A stretch of 64,000 bases of DNA. Origin: a virus. Each line of letters starts with the position of its first letter. The stretch's first letter is position 1. Made by a program: the position numbers and the translations under genes. The notes beneath the pieces were generated by a model. That model was not told the origin of the DNA. It worked only from the letters and a program-made list of their open reading frames with translations, and did not search any database. Of the stretch, positions 47,300 to 57,136 are shown in pieces. The DNA is taken from positions 6,790 through 70,789 of the IMG/VR virus record IMGVR_UViG_3300010052_000207, one strand, 5' to 3'.

Positions 47300-47560
47300 C
47301 CTTTTAGTTTCCGGGCCGCTTCATTGCGTCCCGTGGGATTGCGCGGCACCGGCCACAGGCGGCCGTGTGGCGTAGCGGAAAGCTGAAAAGCCGAAGGCTT
47401 CCGCCTGCGGAAAGCGGCTTTTCTGCTTCACTCGGCTGACGGCTGGTGCAGCATCCCATCGTCGGGACACATGCGGCACCGGTCACTCGAGAGGAGAAGG
47501 GCGGCTGGCTGAGCGATCGACGCCGTGCAATTGGCATCTCCTATTTGCCTCCTTGCGTAG
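47300..47560. other. Hairpin-rich non-coding region of plasmid type
   Basis: Multiple short inverted repeats, no credible ORF. Confidence 0.35.
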
Positions 47561-47588
47561 AGTTCGGTGGAGACCAAAAAAACCCCGC

Positions 47589-47639
47589 TTGCGCCGAGGC
47601 ACGAAGCGGGGTAATCTCCTCACTGTTCAGATGAGGAGA
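47589..47639 (+). promoter_or_regulatory. Promoter TTGCGC-N17-TAATCT plus RBS-occluding hairpin TCTCCTCA/TGAGGAGA
   Basis: 8-bp stem 47615-47622/47632-47639 buries GAGGAG, 5 nt before the ATG. Confidence 0.65.
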
Positions 47640-47644
47640 CGAAT

Positions 47645-48601
47645 ATGGCACTTTTGCTGGAGCAATGGAAGCCTGTAGTTGGCTATGAAGACCTATACGA
47701 GGTCACGAATATGGGCAGGATTCGCGGAATCGTTGCCGGAATCGTGATTAGGCAACGCGGCGGGAGAAGGGAGAGCCCGACTGTCAGCCTGTCAAAAGAC
47801 GCCGCAAGACGCCATTGCCATGTTCATGCGATTGTGGCGGATGCTTTTTTGGAAGGCTCCCCCGACCTGACAGAAGTGGTCCATGCCGATGGGTGGAGGA
47901 TCAACAACCGGGTCAGCAATTTGCTTCGTTTGTCCGCGCAAGAGTTTAGCGACAGGCAGAAAGCCGCGCGCAGGGAGTACGCCCGGCTATACTTTCACCT
48001 CAACAGTGAACGGATCAAGGCATTGGCAGAACCGCGAGCGGAGGAGCGGAAGGCCAGCCAAAGGCTGTACTATCGGCGAAACAAACAGCAAGTGGTCGAG
48101 AAAATTGAGGCATATCGCAAGCAGAACAAGGACAAGATTAACACTCGCACCCGTCGCAAGCGGGTTGAATGCGCTGAGTTCGCGCACAAGGAGAAGGGGT
48201 GGCATACGAAGAGGTACACTACGAGCCGCCGTTACCGGCTCCGCGTCCTCACCACAAATGCCAAGTGGCGATCCAAAGCGGCGGGCATCGAGGCCGACGC
48301 CGCTTGCTTCGAGGCGATGCTCGCAGCACCGCCCGCTGAATGCTCGTGCTGCGGCAGCGAGCTTGACTACGAAGGTAAAACTGCCCGCTCTCCGTCCCTT
48401 GACCGGATTCACAACGACTTCGGCTACATCGTCGGAAACGTAGCGGTGATCTGCATCCGGTGCAACTCGTTGAAGAAGAACGGCACCGTCTCCGAGTTTG
48501 AGCGAATTCTCGCGTACATGAGGCGTGCTGAGCCGCCGGCCGCCGCCGCGACCGCGTCCTCATTGCCCCGGGCTTTCTGGAAGCAGGAGCGGGGCGGCTA
48601 G
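47645..48601 (+). CDS. NUMOD4/HNH homing-endonuclease-like protein with a second C-terminal His-Me finger domain
   Basis: WKPVVGYEDLYEVTNMGRIR (NUMOD4); VVHADG..NNRVSNL; basic helical linker; CSCC..SLDRIHNDFGYIVGNVAVICIRCN. Confidence 0.85.
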   Translation: MALLLEQWKPVVGYEDLYEVTNMGRIRGIVAGIVIRQRGGRRESPTVSLSKDAARRHCHVHAIVADAFLEGSPDLTEVVHADGWRINNRVSNLLRLSAQEFSDRQKAARREYARLYFHLNSERIKALAEPRAEERKASQRLYYRRNKQQVVEKIEAYRKQNKDKINTRTRRKRVECAEFAHKEKGWHTKRYTTSRRYRLRVLTTNAKWRSKAAGIEADAACFEAMLAAPPAECSCCGSELDYEGKTARSPSLDRIHNDFGYIVGNVAVICIRCNSLKKNGTVSEFERILAYMRRAEPPAAAATASSLPRAFWKQERGG

Positions 48602-48614
48602 CCGCATCATCCCC

Positions 48615-48643
48615 TTGCGCGGTTCTACTTACCCTGCTAAGTC
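48615..48643 (+). promoter_or_regulatory. Promoter TTGCGC-N17-TAAGTC for a probably leaderless relaxase mRNA; overlaps a small hairpin (oriT candidate)
   Basis: ACTTA/TAAGT stem; ATG 9 nt downstream without RBS. Confidence 0.45.
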
Positions 48644-48651
48644 GGTGGCGA

Positions 48652-51465
48652 ATGATACGTACCCACTGGATGACATCCGCCTCAGCCGCAAAGGCTTACT
48701 ACAGGGCTTCCGACTATTATGCCTCCGTGCCGGGGGTGTGGCTCGGGGAGGGAGCTGAGAAGCTCGGGCTTACTGGCCCAGCCCGGCCCGAGGATTTCGA
48801 CCGGCTGGCCGATAACCTTCATCCTCAAACCGGTGAAAGGCTCACCACCTATACCCGCGATGGTCGCCGGGTGGGAATGGATATGACTTTCAACGCCACC
48901 AAATCGGTGAGCATCGCTCGGGAAATGGCGGGGCCTGGTAACGAGGGAGATCCGCAGATTGAGACAGCACACGACGAAGCGGTCGCGTACACGCTCAGCC
49001 TCATCGAGAAAGAGATGCAGGCGAGGGTGCGTGTTGGCGGCTCCCGCGAGAACCGCATCACCGGGAACCTGGTCGCCTACGCCGTCACGCACCGCGACAC
49101 TCGTATCAACGCGGAAGACGGAAAGCCCGACCCCAGCCTCCATAAGCACGTGTTCATCATGAACGCGACGTGGGACCCCGTCGAGCAGAAATGGAAAGCC
49201 GCGGAGTTGGGGCAGCTCAAGCACGACCTTCCATTTTTCGAGGCCGTTTTTCACAACCGCCTCGCCTCGAACCTTAAGGAGCTTGGCTACGGGGTCGAGC
49301 GGAAGGGCAAGGCGTTTGAGATCGCCGGGGTGTCCGATGAGCTGGGCAAGAAGTTCAGCCGCCGGACGGCGTACATCGAGAAGGTCGCGGGCAAGCTCGG
49401 CATCACGAAGCCGGAGTCGAAGGCGAAGCTCGGTGCGACGACCCGGCTGGGCAAGGCCAAGGAGCTCGCGGACGACCTGAATGGCTACTACGTCAGCCGA
49501 CTCACTGGAGAAGAGAAACAGCAGCTTGCCGGGCTGGAAGGCTGGGCCGGGTACGAGTCCAACCCAAAGCACGCGGTCGAGTTCGCCATCGGCCACTTGT
49601 TCGAGCGGCGGTCAGTGGTCGAGGAGAAGAAGGTTTACGAGGCGGCCCTGCGGCACGGCATCGGGTCGGTGACACCGGAAGCGGTTGCGGCAGAAGCGAA
49701 GCGGCAGGGGCTGCTGGTGCGAAACGGGGAGGCGACGACGAAGGCGGTGCTGGCCGAAGAGCAGCGGGTGATCGCGTTCGCTCGGGATGGCAAGGGGACG
49801 TGCCGGCCGTTGGGTAACGCAAAAGGCCGCCCCGGTGATCCAGAACGGCCTTTGAACACAAAGGAAGATGGCGTGGCGGGGTTAGAGCTTCATAGCGGCC
49901 TCGACGGTTCTAGGATGAACGGCGGATTGCAGACGAAGCTTGCCACAGCCTTAGCCGTCGCGCAACCGGCTTTTGCGACCGACACCCATGTCAGCCCCTC
50001 CCTCTCCCCCGAACAAGCCGTCATGGTCAACCACGTCCTCACCTCGCCCGACCGGGTGATGCTGGTGATCGGCGACGCGGGGACAGGCAAGACCTTCGCC
50101 GTCCGTTCCGCATTCAATCGCATCGACCGACCGGTTGAGATCATCGCCCCCAGCGCCGACGCCTCCCGCGGCGTGCTCCGGCGGGAGGGATTCTCCAATG
50201 CCGACACGGTGACCGCCTTCCTCGGCAACCGCGATCGCCAGGCGGGCGTCAAGAACGGCGTCATCTGGGTGGACGAAGCGGGCCTGCTGCCCATCCGCGA
50301 CCTGTCCCTCCTCGTGGACGTGGCGAAGGCCCAGAACGCCCGGCTGGTGCTGCAAGGGGACCCGAAGCAACACCGCTCGGTGGCGCGCGACGGCAATATG
50401 CTGAACGTGCTCCAGTCGCACGCCGGGCTGCCGGTTGCACGGCTCAAGGACATTCGCCGCCAGCGGGACAAGTACAAGAAGGCCGTGACCGCCCTTGCCG
50501 ACGGACGGTTCGGGGCCGGTTTCGACGCGATCAACGACCTGGGCTGGGTGAAGGAAACGCCCGTATTCGACCACAACCAGCCGCTCGTGGGCGCCTATCT
50601 CGATGCGGTGGACACGAAACGCTCCGACCAGGATGTCACCGACCGGGTGCTTGCCATCGCCCCGACGCACGTCGAAGCAAACGAGGTGACGGCCGCCATC
50701 CGCGACGGCCTGAAGGCTCGGGGCATGGTCGGAAAAGAAGAGCACCAGGTGTCCACGCTGGTTCCCCTTCACTGGACCGAGGCCGAACGCGGGGATCTGG
50801 AGCGGTTTGAGGGCACCGAGGTCATCCAGTTCCACCGTAAAAGCGGGTCGTTCAAGGCCGGGCAGCGGATCGCCATCGCCGATTTCAAAAAGGGCGACCG
50901 GCTGGGCAAGCCCTCGACCTACGCCGTGTACCGGCCCGCCTCGGTGAACCTCGCCGAGGGCGACCGCATCCGCATAACGGGAAACGGCTGGACGGCGGAC
51001 AAGAAGCACCGGCTCGACAATGGGGCGCAGTACGAGGTGGCGGGGTTCGAGGATGACGGCAAGATCCGCTTGACCAACGGGTGGTTCGTCGCCCCGGACT
51101 TCGGCCATCTGTCGCACGGCTACGTCGCCACGTCCCACGCCTCGCAGGGAAAGACCGTCGATCGGGTGCTCATAGCGATGGGCCATGAGTCGCTGCCGGC
51201 CATCAGCGCCGAGCAGTTCTACGTCTCGGTGTCCCGCGGCCGCGATCAGGCGACAATCTTCACCGGCGTGGCGCCGGCGGTCCTGCGTGAGGCCATTCAG
51301 CGTGGCGACGCGCGGAAGTCAGCGACGGAACTGATGGGTACGAAGGAGCGGCGGGAGTGGTGGCTGGCGCGCCGGGCACGGGCCGCGTGGGAGGCCTTGC
51401 GCGGACGGGTGACGGGTGGTATTCCGGAACGCCAGCAGCAAAGGGAGATGGGTTATGCGAGGTAG
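48652..51465 (+). CDS. mobF: MobF (TrwC/TraI-type) relaxase-helicase
   Basis: AYY..DYY tyrosines, GMDMTFNATKSVS, HUH motif H..PSLHKH, GDAGTGKT, WVDEAG, HGYVATSHASQGKTVD, QFYVSVSRGR. Confidence 0.95.
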   Translation: MIRTHWMTSASAAKAYYRASDYYASVPGVWLGEGAEKLGLTGPARPEDFDRLADNLHPQTGERLTTYTRDGRRVGMDMTFNATKSVSIAREMAGPGNEGDPQIETAHDEAVAYTLSLIEKEMQARVRVGGSRENRITGNLVAYAVTHRDTRINAEDGKPDPSLHKHVFIMNATWDPVEQKWKAAELGQLKHDLPFFEAVFHNRLASNLKELGYGVERKGKAFEIAGVSDELGKKFSRRTAYIEKVAGKLGITKPESKAKLGATTRLGKAKELADDLNGYYVSRLTGEEKQQLAGLEGWAGYESNPKHAVEFAIGHLFERRSVVEEKKVYEAALRHGIGSVTPEAVAAEAKRQGLLVRNGEATTKAVLAEEQRVIAFARDGKGTCRPLGNAKGRPGDPERPLNTKEDGVAGLELHSGLDGSRMNGGLQTKLATALAVAQPAFATDTHVSPSLSPEQAVMVNHVLTSPDRVMLVIGDAGTGKTFAVRSAFNRIDRPVEIIAPSADASRGVLRREGFSNADTVTAFLGNRDRQAGVKNGVIWVDEAGLLPIRDLSLLVDVAKAQNARLVLQGDPKQHRSVARDGNMLNVLQSHAGLPVARLKDIRRQRDKYKKAVTALADGRFGAGFDAINDLGWVKETPVFDHNQPLVGAYLDAVDTKRSDQDVTDRVLAIAPTHVEANEVTAAIRDGLKARGMVGKEEHQVSTLVPLHWTEAERGDLERFEGTEVIQFHRKSGSFKAGQRIAIADFKKGDRLGKPSTYAVYRPASVNLAEGDRIRITGNGWTADKKHRLDNGAQYEVAGFEDDGKIRLTNGWFVAPDFGHLSHGYVATSHASQGKTVDRVLIAMGHESLPAISAEQFYVSVSRGRDQATIFTGVAPAVLREAIQRGDARKSATELMGTKERREWWLARRARAAWEALRGRVTGGIPERQQQREMGYAR

Positions 51466-51868
51466 TTGGGCAAAGGAAGCGAAAGCAACGGTAGAGCAGC
51501 CGGACGGGGAAGCATCGACGGCGGACGAGGCGCCGGAGATAGACCTCGGCCCGTGCGCCGCCATCGCCAAGAATAAGTGGGTCACGGCACTGACTATTCA
51601 GCACGCAGGGAAGGCGTGGGAGTCGTTCCAATATTCCTTCTTGAGCGTGCGAAGCGTCTTCGAGCCGACGCGATTCGAGGTGGACTTCGCCTCGCATGAC
51701 GAGCGGTTCAAGGTCGTCGTCACGGGCCGGAACCTCGAAAAGCTCTACAATTTGGTGCTCCAGGGGCGAATGGAATGGCTCCGGGCCGCCGATCGGGACT
51801 TTGGGCAGGACGGCGAAACGATTATCCTTAAGATCGACGTGGTGCCGGTGGAAGACAAACGGCGCTGA
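51455..51868 (+). CDS. Relaxase-adjacent hypothetical protein
   Basis: Overlaps relaxase stop; RBS GGGAG. Confidence 0.7.
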   Translation: MRGSWAKEAKATVEQPDGEASTADEAPEIDLGPCAAIAKNKWVTALTIQHAGKAWESFQYSFLSVRSVFEPTRFEVDFASHDERFKVVVTGRNLEKLYNLVLQGRMEWLRAADRDFGQDGETIILKIDVVPVEDKRR

Positions 51869-51888
51869 CCGCGGCGGGGACTGGCTTC

Positions 51889-52563
51889 ATGCTGACCATC
51901 GACGTGATTTCGGACGTGATCTGCCCGTGGTGCTTCATCGGCAAGCGGCGGCTGGAGAAGGCCCTTGAGGGCCGCCCGGCTTCCGTCCGCTGGCACCCGT
52001 TCCAGCTCAACCCCGACATGCCACGCGAGGGCATCGAGCGGCGGGAATACCGGATCAGGAAGTTCGGGAGCTGGGAGCGATCGCAGGAACTCGACGCCCA
52101 GGTGGCCGCCGCCGGAAGGGGCGAGGGGATCGCGTTTAACTTCGACCGGCAATCTCGCACCCCGAACACGCTCGACGCGCACCGGGTGATCTGGCTTGCA
52201 GGCGAGCGGGGCGTGCAGGACGCGGTGGTTGAGGCCCTGTTCCTGGCTTACTTCACCGATGGCCGCGACCTGTCCGACCGGGCGGCGCTGGCCGAGGTGG
52301 TGGTGGGGGCGGGGCTCGACCGGGACGAGGTGGACGAGTTGCTCGAGGGCGACGGTGGGCTGGACGTGGTGCGTGCGGGCGAGGAGCATGGCCGCCGCCT
52401 CGGCGTATCGGGCGTGCCGTTCTTTGTCATCAACGGGAAGGTCGCGGTATCCGGGGCCCAGCCGCCGGAGGCGTTCCTGCAGGCGATCGAGCAGGCAGGT
52501 GAGGCGGTCGTGGCCGGGGAAGCCTGCGAGGTGGATCCGGTGACGGGCAAGCGAGAGTGCTGA
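51889..52563 (+). CDS. DsbA-family (FrnE-like) oxidoreductase
   Basis: IDVISDVICPWCFIGKRRL, PFQLNP, NTLDAHR, GVPFF, SGAQP. Confidence 0.93.
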   Translation: MLTIDVISDVICPWCFIGKRRLEKALEGRPASVRWHPFQLNPDMPREGIERREYRIRKFGSWERSQELDAQVAAAGRGEGIAFNFDRQSRTPNTLDAHRVIWLAGERGVQDAVVEALFLAYFTDGRDLSDRAALAEVVVGAGLDRDEVDELLEGDGGLDVVRAGEEHGRRLGVSGVPFFVINGKVAVSGAQPPEAFLQAIEQAGEAVVAGEACEVDPVTGKREC

Positions 52564-52592
52564 GCCGAGAGCGAGCCCCAGAAACACCGAAA

Positions 52593-52617
52593 GCCGGGTA
52601 GGACATGCCTACCCGGC
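52593..52617. terminator. Perfect 10-bp hairpin ending the mob operon
   Basis: GCCGGGTAGG-ACATG-CCTACCCGGC; no clear U-tract. Confidence 0.45.
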
Positions 52618-52761
52618 CTCGGTTATGGGTGCCCCGACTGCCGCTCGCGGCGGGTGCAATCCTGGGCGGGCGAACCGCCGAGGAGCATGAGTTTTTTGGC
52701 GCGGAGCACTGTCAGAGCACGAAGGTAATATCGGCTCGCGGCCCTCTGGTCTTGAGCGGCA

Positions 52762-53028
52762 TTAGGCAGCCTCTCTCACCCGCTGCCAGCGGCCGTCCTC
52801 GTAAAACGCATCGCCACCTGGATGGCTGATCCAGCGGTGCCCAAAGCCGCCGAAGCTCAGCCCGAACACCTCGATCGTGGCAGGCTGGCCGTCGAACATC
52901 TCCAGTTCAGCGACGGCCTTCCAATTGCGTCCTGAGCCCTTGAGTCGGGCTTTTACGATTGCCCGGTAGCTGAGGGGAGTGCCGAGCGGCGATCCCAGGC
53001 AGTCACCCCGACCCTGGAGGTTTAACAA
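52762..53028 (-). CDS. Hypothetical phage-type protein
   Basis: Ends VREAA like other early genes; start uncertain. Confidence 0.45.
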   Translation of the reverse strand: MLNLQGRGDCLGSPLGTPLSYRAIVKARLKGSGRNWKAVAELEMFDGQPATIEVFGLSFGGFGHRWISHPGGDAFYEDGRWQRVREAA

Positions 53029-53040
53029 TGGAGGACTTCA

Positions 53041-53400
53041 ATGCGCCGTATGCGGATGACGCGGACGATCGGCGGCCACATCCGGCTCACGATCATCACT
53101 GAGGAGGACCAGCAATTGGCGGCGATCGAAGCGCTACGTCATCTGATCCCGAGTGTCCGAAAGTTCATCCTCGCACTTGATGGCGATGGACACCAGATGG
53201 GTGCAGACGGGCAAGGGAGCAGTCGTGAGCAGGGCCGCCGCACGGTCTATCGGGTCGATCTGATCGGTCTGTCGCGAGACGTCACAAACAGGCAGTGGCT
53301 CGAAGCGATGAGCTGGCTGACCGGGGCCGTAGAGAGGGCGCTGGCGGATGGTGGTTGCATCGAGGCTCTGCGGTCGTCGCTCAAGAGAGGAGAAAGTTAA
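53041..53400 (+). CDS. Hypothetical protein (moron-like, opposite strand)
   Basis: Strong RBS GGAGGA. Confidence 0.6.
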   Translation: MRRMRMTRTIGGHIRLTIITEEDQQLAAIEALRHLIPSVRKFILALDGDGHQMGADGQGSSREQGRRTVYRVDLIGLSRDVTNRQWLEAMSWLTGAVERALADGGCIEALRSSLKRGES

Positions 53401-53406
53401 GCCCGA

Positions 53407-53631
53407 TCACATGCCGCCCATGGAATCGTTGGGCTTCTCGCCGACCTCCTTGAGCCAGGCTTCCATCTTGTCGATCTCTTTGGCCTGCCCATCGCGGATA
53501 GCCCGCGCGAGGGTGTCGACCCTTATGTCTAGCCCCTCCTTGATCACGGTCTGGGCCATCTTCACGGCCATCTTGTGATGGGGGATCATTTCCTTCAGGA
53601 ACTTCTTGTCGGCGGCATTGAGCATAGGCAA
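53407..53631 (-). CDS. DUF305-family (ferritin-like) protein, single repeat
   Basis: DKKFLKEMIPHHKMAVKMA..LARAI..Q..EI..M..WL. Confidence 0.85.
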   Translation of the reverse strand: MPMLNAADKKFLKEMIPHHKMAVKMAQTVIKEGLDIRVDTLARAIRDGQAKEIDKMEAWLKEVGEKPNDSMGGM

Positions 53632-53710
53632 CTCCTTTGCTTGTAAACTCGAATGGATAGCGGAGCTATTCTTCCACTATAATCGGCTATTGTAAACACA
53701 AGAAATTCAT

Positions 53711-54406
53711 TCACCTCGCTGCCCCCGCCTTCAGCAGCTCGTCCACGTTGCAGCGGTGGACTTTGAAATCCAGCACCCAGACGAGGGGATTGGATTCCCA
53801 AGAAGCGGTGCCATATTTATTGTCCCAGTAGGTGTGAAAGCGCCCCTCTAACTGCTGACGCGAACACTTGCGGTAGCCGTAGGCATCCGTTGCGTCGATG
53901 TCGCTGATGCCTTCGGCCCGAATGTCCCGGCCGCGGATGTCGTGCAACCGCTCCACGCGCACGTCGGTGATTTCTAGTGTCAGGCGGCTTGCCCAGCGGG
54001 GGATGTAAGGCGAGGGACACAGGGTCCATCCGGTCGCCTTCAGCGCGTCGTCGTCCGGATCGCCGTGCATCGTGTCGCAGCGTTGATCGCCGGTGATCTG
54101 GGTATGGGTCTTTCCATCGTAGTTTCGGAACAACACCGCATCTCCGGGGCTTCGCGTCCAGCCGTCGTTGACCCACCACGGCTCACGCACCCAGAGCAGG
54201 TCTCCCGGCCTGCCGTGGGGGCACAGCTCCCGCAGGGCGTGGGCGCACTCGTCGTCGGTTTCGTGCGTGCAGTCACCGGTCAGGCACGGATACCGTTCGT
54301 CCTTCTCCAGGATTCGCCGCTCCTGCGTCTTGGAGCCGTCGAGCAGCGCGCGAACCCTGGGACCGTTGAACAGGATGGGTCTGTCGGTCGAAACGGAGTG
54401 GTTCAT
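53711..54406 (-). CDS. ASCH-like phage protein
   Basis: RPILFNGP..G.KTQ.RR, GDLLWVREPW, PRWASRLTLEITDVRVERL, NPLVWV. Confidence 0.8.
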   Translation of the reverse strand: MNHSVSTDRPILFNGPRVRALLDGSKTQERRILEKDERYPCLTGDCTHETDDECAHALRELCPHGRPGDLLWVREPWWVNDGWTRSPGDAVLFRNYDGKTHTQITGDQRCDTMHGDPDDDALKATGWTLCPSPYIPRWASRLTLEITDVRVERLHDIRGRDIRAEGISDIDATDAYGYRKCSRQQLEGRFHTYWDNKYGTASWESNPLVWVLDFKVHRCNVDELLKAGAAR

Positions 54407-54684
54407 GCCGAAACCTCCCCGCCGCTCTCACCGCTGGGATTAGCAAGCCTCGCGAGCACGTCACCGTGGCACGCTTGAGGGGAGCACCAGCAGCCCAGCA
54501 CCTTGCCTCGTAATGCCGGCAGCGCCGCCATGAGCTCCGGTTGTGTCCTGAGCCACGCTTCGTATTTCGCGATGACCTCCTCTCGCGTGCCGTCCCGGCC
54601 GATGACGAAGGGGTTGCCGAATCGGCTCGGACGGCCTATGTAGATGTCGTGAGGCTCTTGCTTGCAGTGGACGACTTTACTCAT
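54403..54684 (-). CDS. DUF4326-family protein
   Basis: VVHCK..IYIGRPSRFGNPF..LRGKVLGCWC.PQACHGDVL. Confidence 0.9.
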   Translation of the reverse strand: MSKVVHCKQEPHDIYIGRPSRFGNPFVIGRDGTREEVIAKYEAWLRTQPELMAALPALRGKVLGCWCSPQACHGDVLARLANPSGESGGEVSA

Positions 54685-54846
54685 AAATAATTCCTTTCTT
54701 ATGTTTTTCAGACCCGCCAATCGGGCCTTTGTGGTGATCCCGAGAAGCCGGTGGTGCTATGGCGGGCAAGCGAAACCGGGAGGCTCCCCCTTGGGAAACC
54801 CGGTTGGCAGCTTGACGGACGTGGCTCCGGCTTCAGCATCACCACG

Positions 54847-56998
54847 TCAAAGGCCGGGCGGGGGTGAGTGCGGAGGGGGAGTGAGAGGGGCATGGTCATC
54901 ATCGACCTCGACCATCAGACGCTCGCCCTTGCGAACATCAAACAGTTTCGCCGCCCGAGCCTCTGCCGCCGATATGCTGTCGGCCTCGACGCTCCCGAGG
55001 AAGTCCACCATGCCTCGCCCGCAATCTCGCCATATCGCGTACGCTACGGTCACGCCAACCCCGCGTCTTTGGCCTGCTCGAATTCCGCGAGGCGTTCTTT
55101 TGCCCTCGCGATCGCGGCCCTGTCGCTCGGAAGTTCGACCTTGCCGCCCCCCGCATCAAGGAAAGTTTCGAACAGGATGGTGAGTTCCTTCACCGATTCC
55201 TCCAGCGCCAGCGCGTGCCGGATCGCGTATTTCTGGTTGAGCCTGCTCATGTCCCGCTCTCCTCGCTCGCCTGGTCCTTGAGCTTCGCAATGAGGCGTTC
55301 GAGCCGCGGGAAACGCTGCTCCATGGCCTCCGCCATTCCCTTGTCTCCCAGCCGTCTGAAGGCGTTGGCCGCAAAGGACAGCCCGTTCTTGGCGTCCTTG
55401 AGCACGCTCAGCAGCTCCGCCGTGTCGACGACCTGGTCGGGTCCCATAGCGTCATAGCGCTCCATGAGTTCCCCGGCGGCCTTCTTGATCGCGGCCTCGT
55501 CCCCGGCTTGCCGAGCGGCCATGCAGTTTTCCAATGCCTCGAGGAAGCAGTCGATGCGGGTGTCGCGGGGCATGGACTATTGCTCCTTTGCGTCGGTGAT
55601 TTCGTACTCGTCCCAGCCCTCGGCATCAAACTCTTCTTCTGCGAGAGCCTTGGCGTCTTTCTCGCTTGCTGCCTCCACCTCAACGGAATCCGACCCTCGT
55701 TGGGTGATACTCCAATCACACGATACGCGATACTTTTTCAAGCCGGTGCCCCCCTCAAGCCTCCCCCATAACGGATCGACCTTATCGCGAGCCAACTTCT
55801 CGAACGCCCCGTAGGGCAGGTCGATGTAGTCCTTGATGGGCTTTCCGTCGATGTGGGTTACGGGCTTATCCATGGCCTATTCCTTCCTCAGTAGCTTCAT
55901 CACGGCTTGGGCCTTGCCGCTGCATGACGGACACAAGCAGGAGCCTTCGCCCTCGATGGCGCTATGCACCTCCTCCACCGAAAGAGAGGCGAAGCCCTCT
56001 CGCACCAGTTCGATCACCGCCGATACGTGAATCATCCCGGCATTCTCGGAATCGCGCAAGGGGTCGCTCATGGCGATGAGATGCTGGATGATGGCTTCGC
56101 AGAGGGGCGGGCGGGTCATGCGGCCCTCGCTTTGAGCATGGCGTCGGCGATGACATACGAGGTGGCTGCGGCAAGCCTAGCGAATTCGAGGGGGTCGTCG
56201 GTTGCCACGCCTTCATCTTTGATAGCGGGAATCAGTGACTGCAATGCAGCAGCCGCGAAGTAGTCGCGGGCGGTGATGCCGTCCACAATGGCTCCATCGC
56301 ACGAAATAGGAAATTCCGGCGGGTTTTCAGGTTGGTCGGCTTCCCATTCACCGACAATGTCATAACAGCCTTGTTTAGAGCCCGGAATGTTGAAGCCGCC
56401 GCAAGGGTACCACTGGTAGTTGCCGACAAGCCCGCCAGCCTCAGTCATGGTGCCGTCATATTTCGCGTCGGCGCGGGTTCCCCGAGAATGGATTTCCACT
56501 TTGCTTCCGTCCACAGTGCGATAGATTTTCCCGATTTTGATTTCCATAGTCAGCACTTCCTCACCTTGGTTTTCTTCATTTTCTTCTTCCGCTTGGCAAT
56601 CCACTTCGGCAAGTAATCGCGAAAGTAGGCGTTGCGGCATGGGCGACACCGGCCGTCTGGCAGGCGGTCGGTTTGACCGCATTTCTTGCAGGGACTGTCC
56701 GTCATGCGGCCTGCCCGGTTGCCTTCTCGATGGCGGCGCGATACTCCGGCCCATCGAATATGCCAAGCATCGTGTTCACCACGTCATGCTCAGTGATGCC
56801 GCTGTCCGGCACGATGTAGTTGACCAAGGCGTCCACCGCCTTCTCGATGAGCGTCTTCATCTGCGGCGCGGCGGCGATAACGTCGGCGTGTCCTTTGTCG
56901 AAAACCGTGGCGATGTGCTTGAATTTTCCGCCTTCTGTGTAGATTTGGTATTTCATGGAGCGGATGGCTTGCCCGTCAGGAATGGGCGTTATCGTCAT
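54847..56998 (-). other. Cluster of small early-type phage genes (54847-55053, 55050-55250, 55247-55573, 55577-55873, 55877-56119, 56116-56547, 56702-56998)
   Basis: Chained ATGA overlaps; 56116-56547 carries the common phage RDYFAAAAL..ADAMLKAR motif. Confidence 0.65.
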
Positions 56999-57083
56999 CT
57001 ATCCTTGGGCCTTCCACGACGTATGCTGTTCTTTGGTCATTGCTGCAGCCTCCTTGCTGGTTGTGTTTATGGTTGCGGTTATG

Positions 57084-57112
57084 TTTATGGCACGGGCTCG
57101 ATCTTCACGCAA
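57084..57112 (-). promoter_or_regulatory. Promoter TTGCGT-N17-CATAAA
   Basis: Heads the small-gene cluster, followed by an A/C-rich leader and RBS AAGGAGG. Confidence 0.45.
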
Positions 57113-57136
57113 CAACTATATCTCATGCGATGAAAC

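Noticed and set aside
49815-50000. Intein or intron in the relaxase
   Set aside because: No Cys/Ser start or His-Asn end, frame is uninterrupted, and no group I/II core recognised
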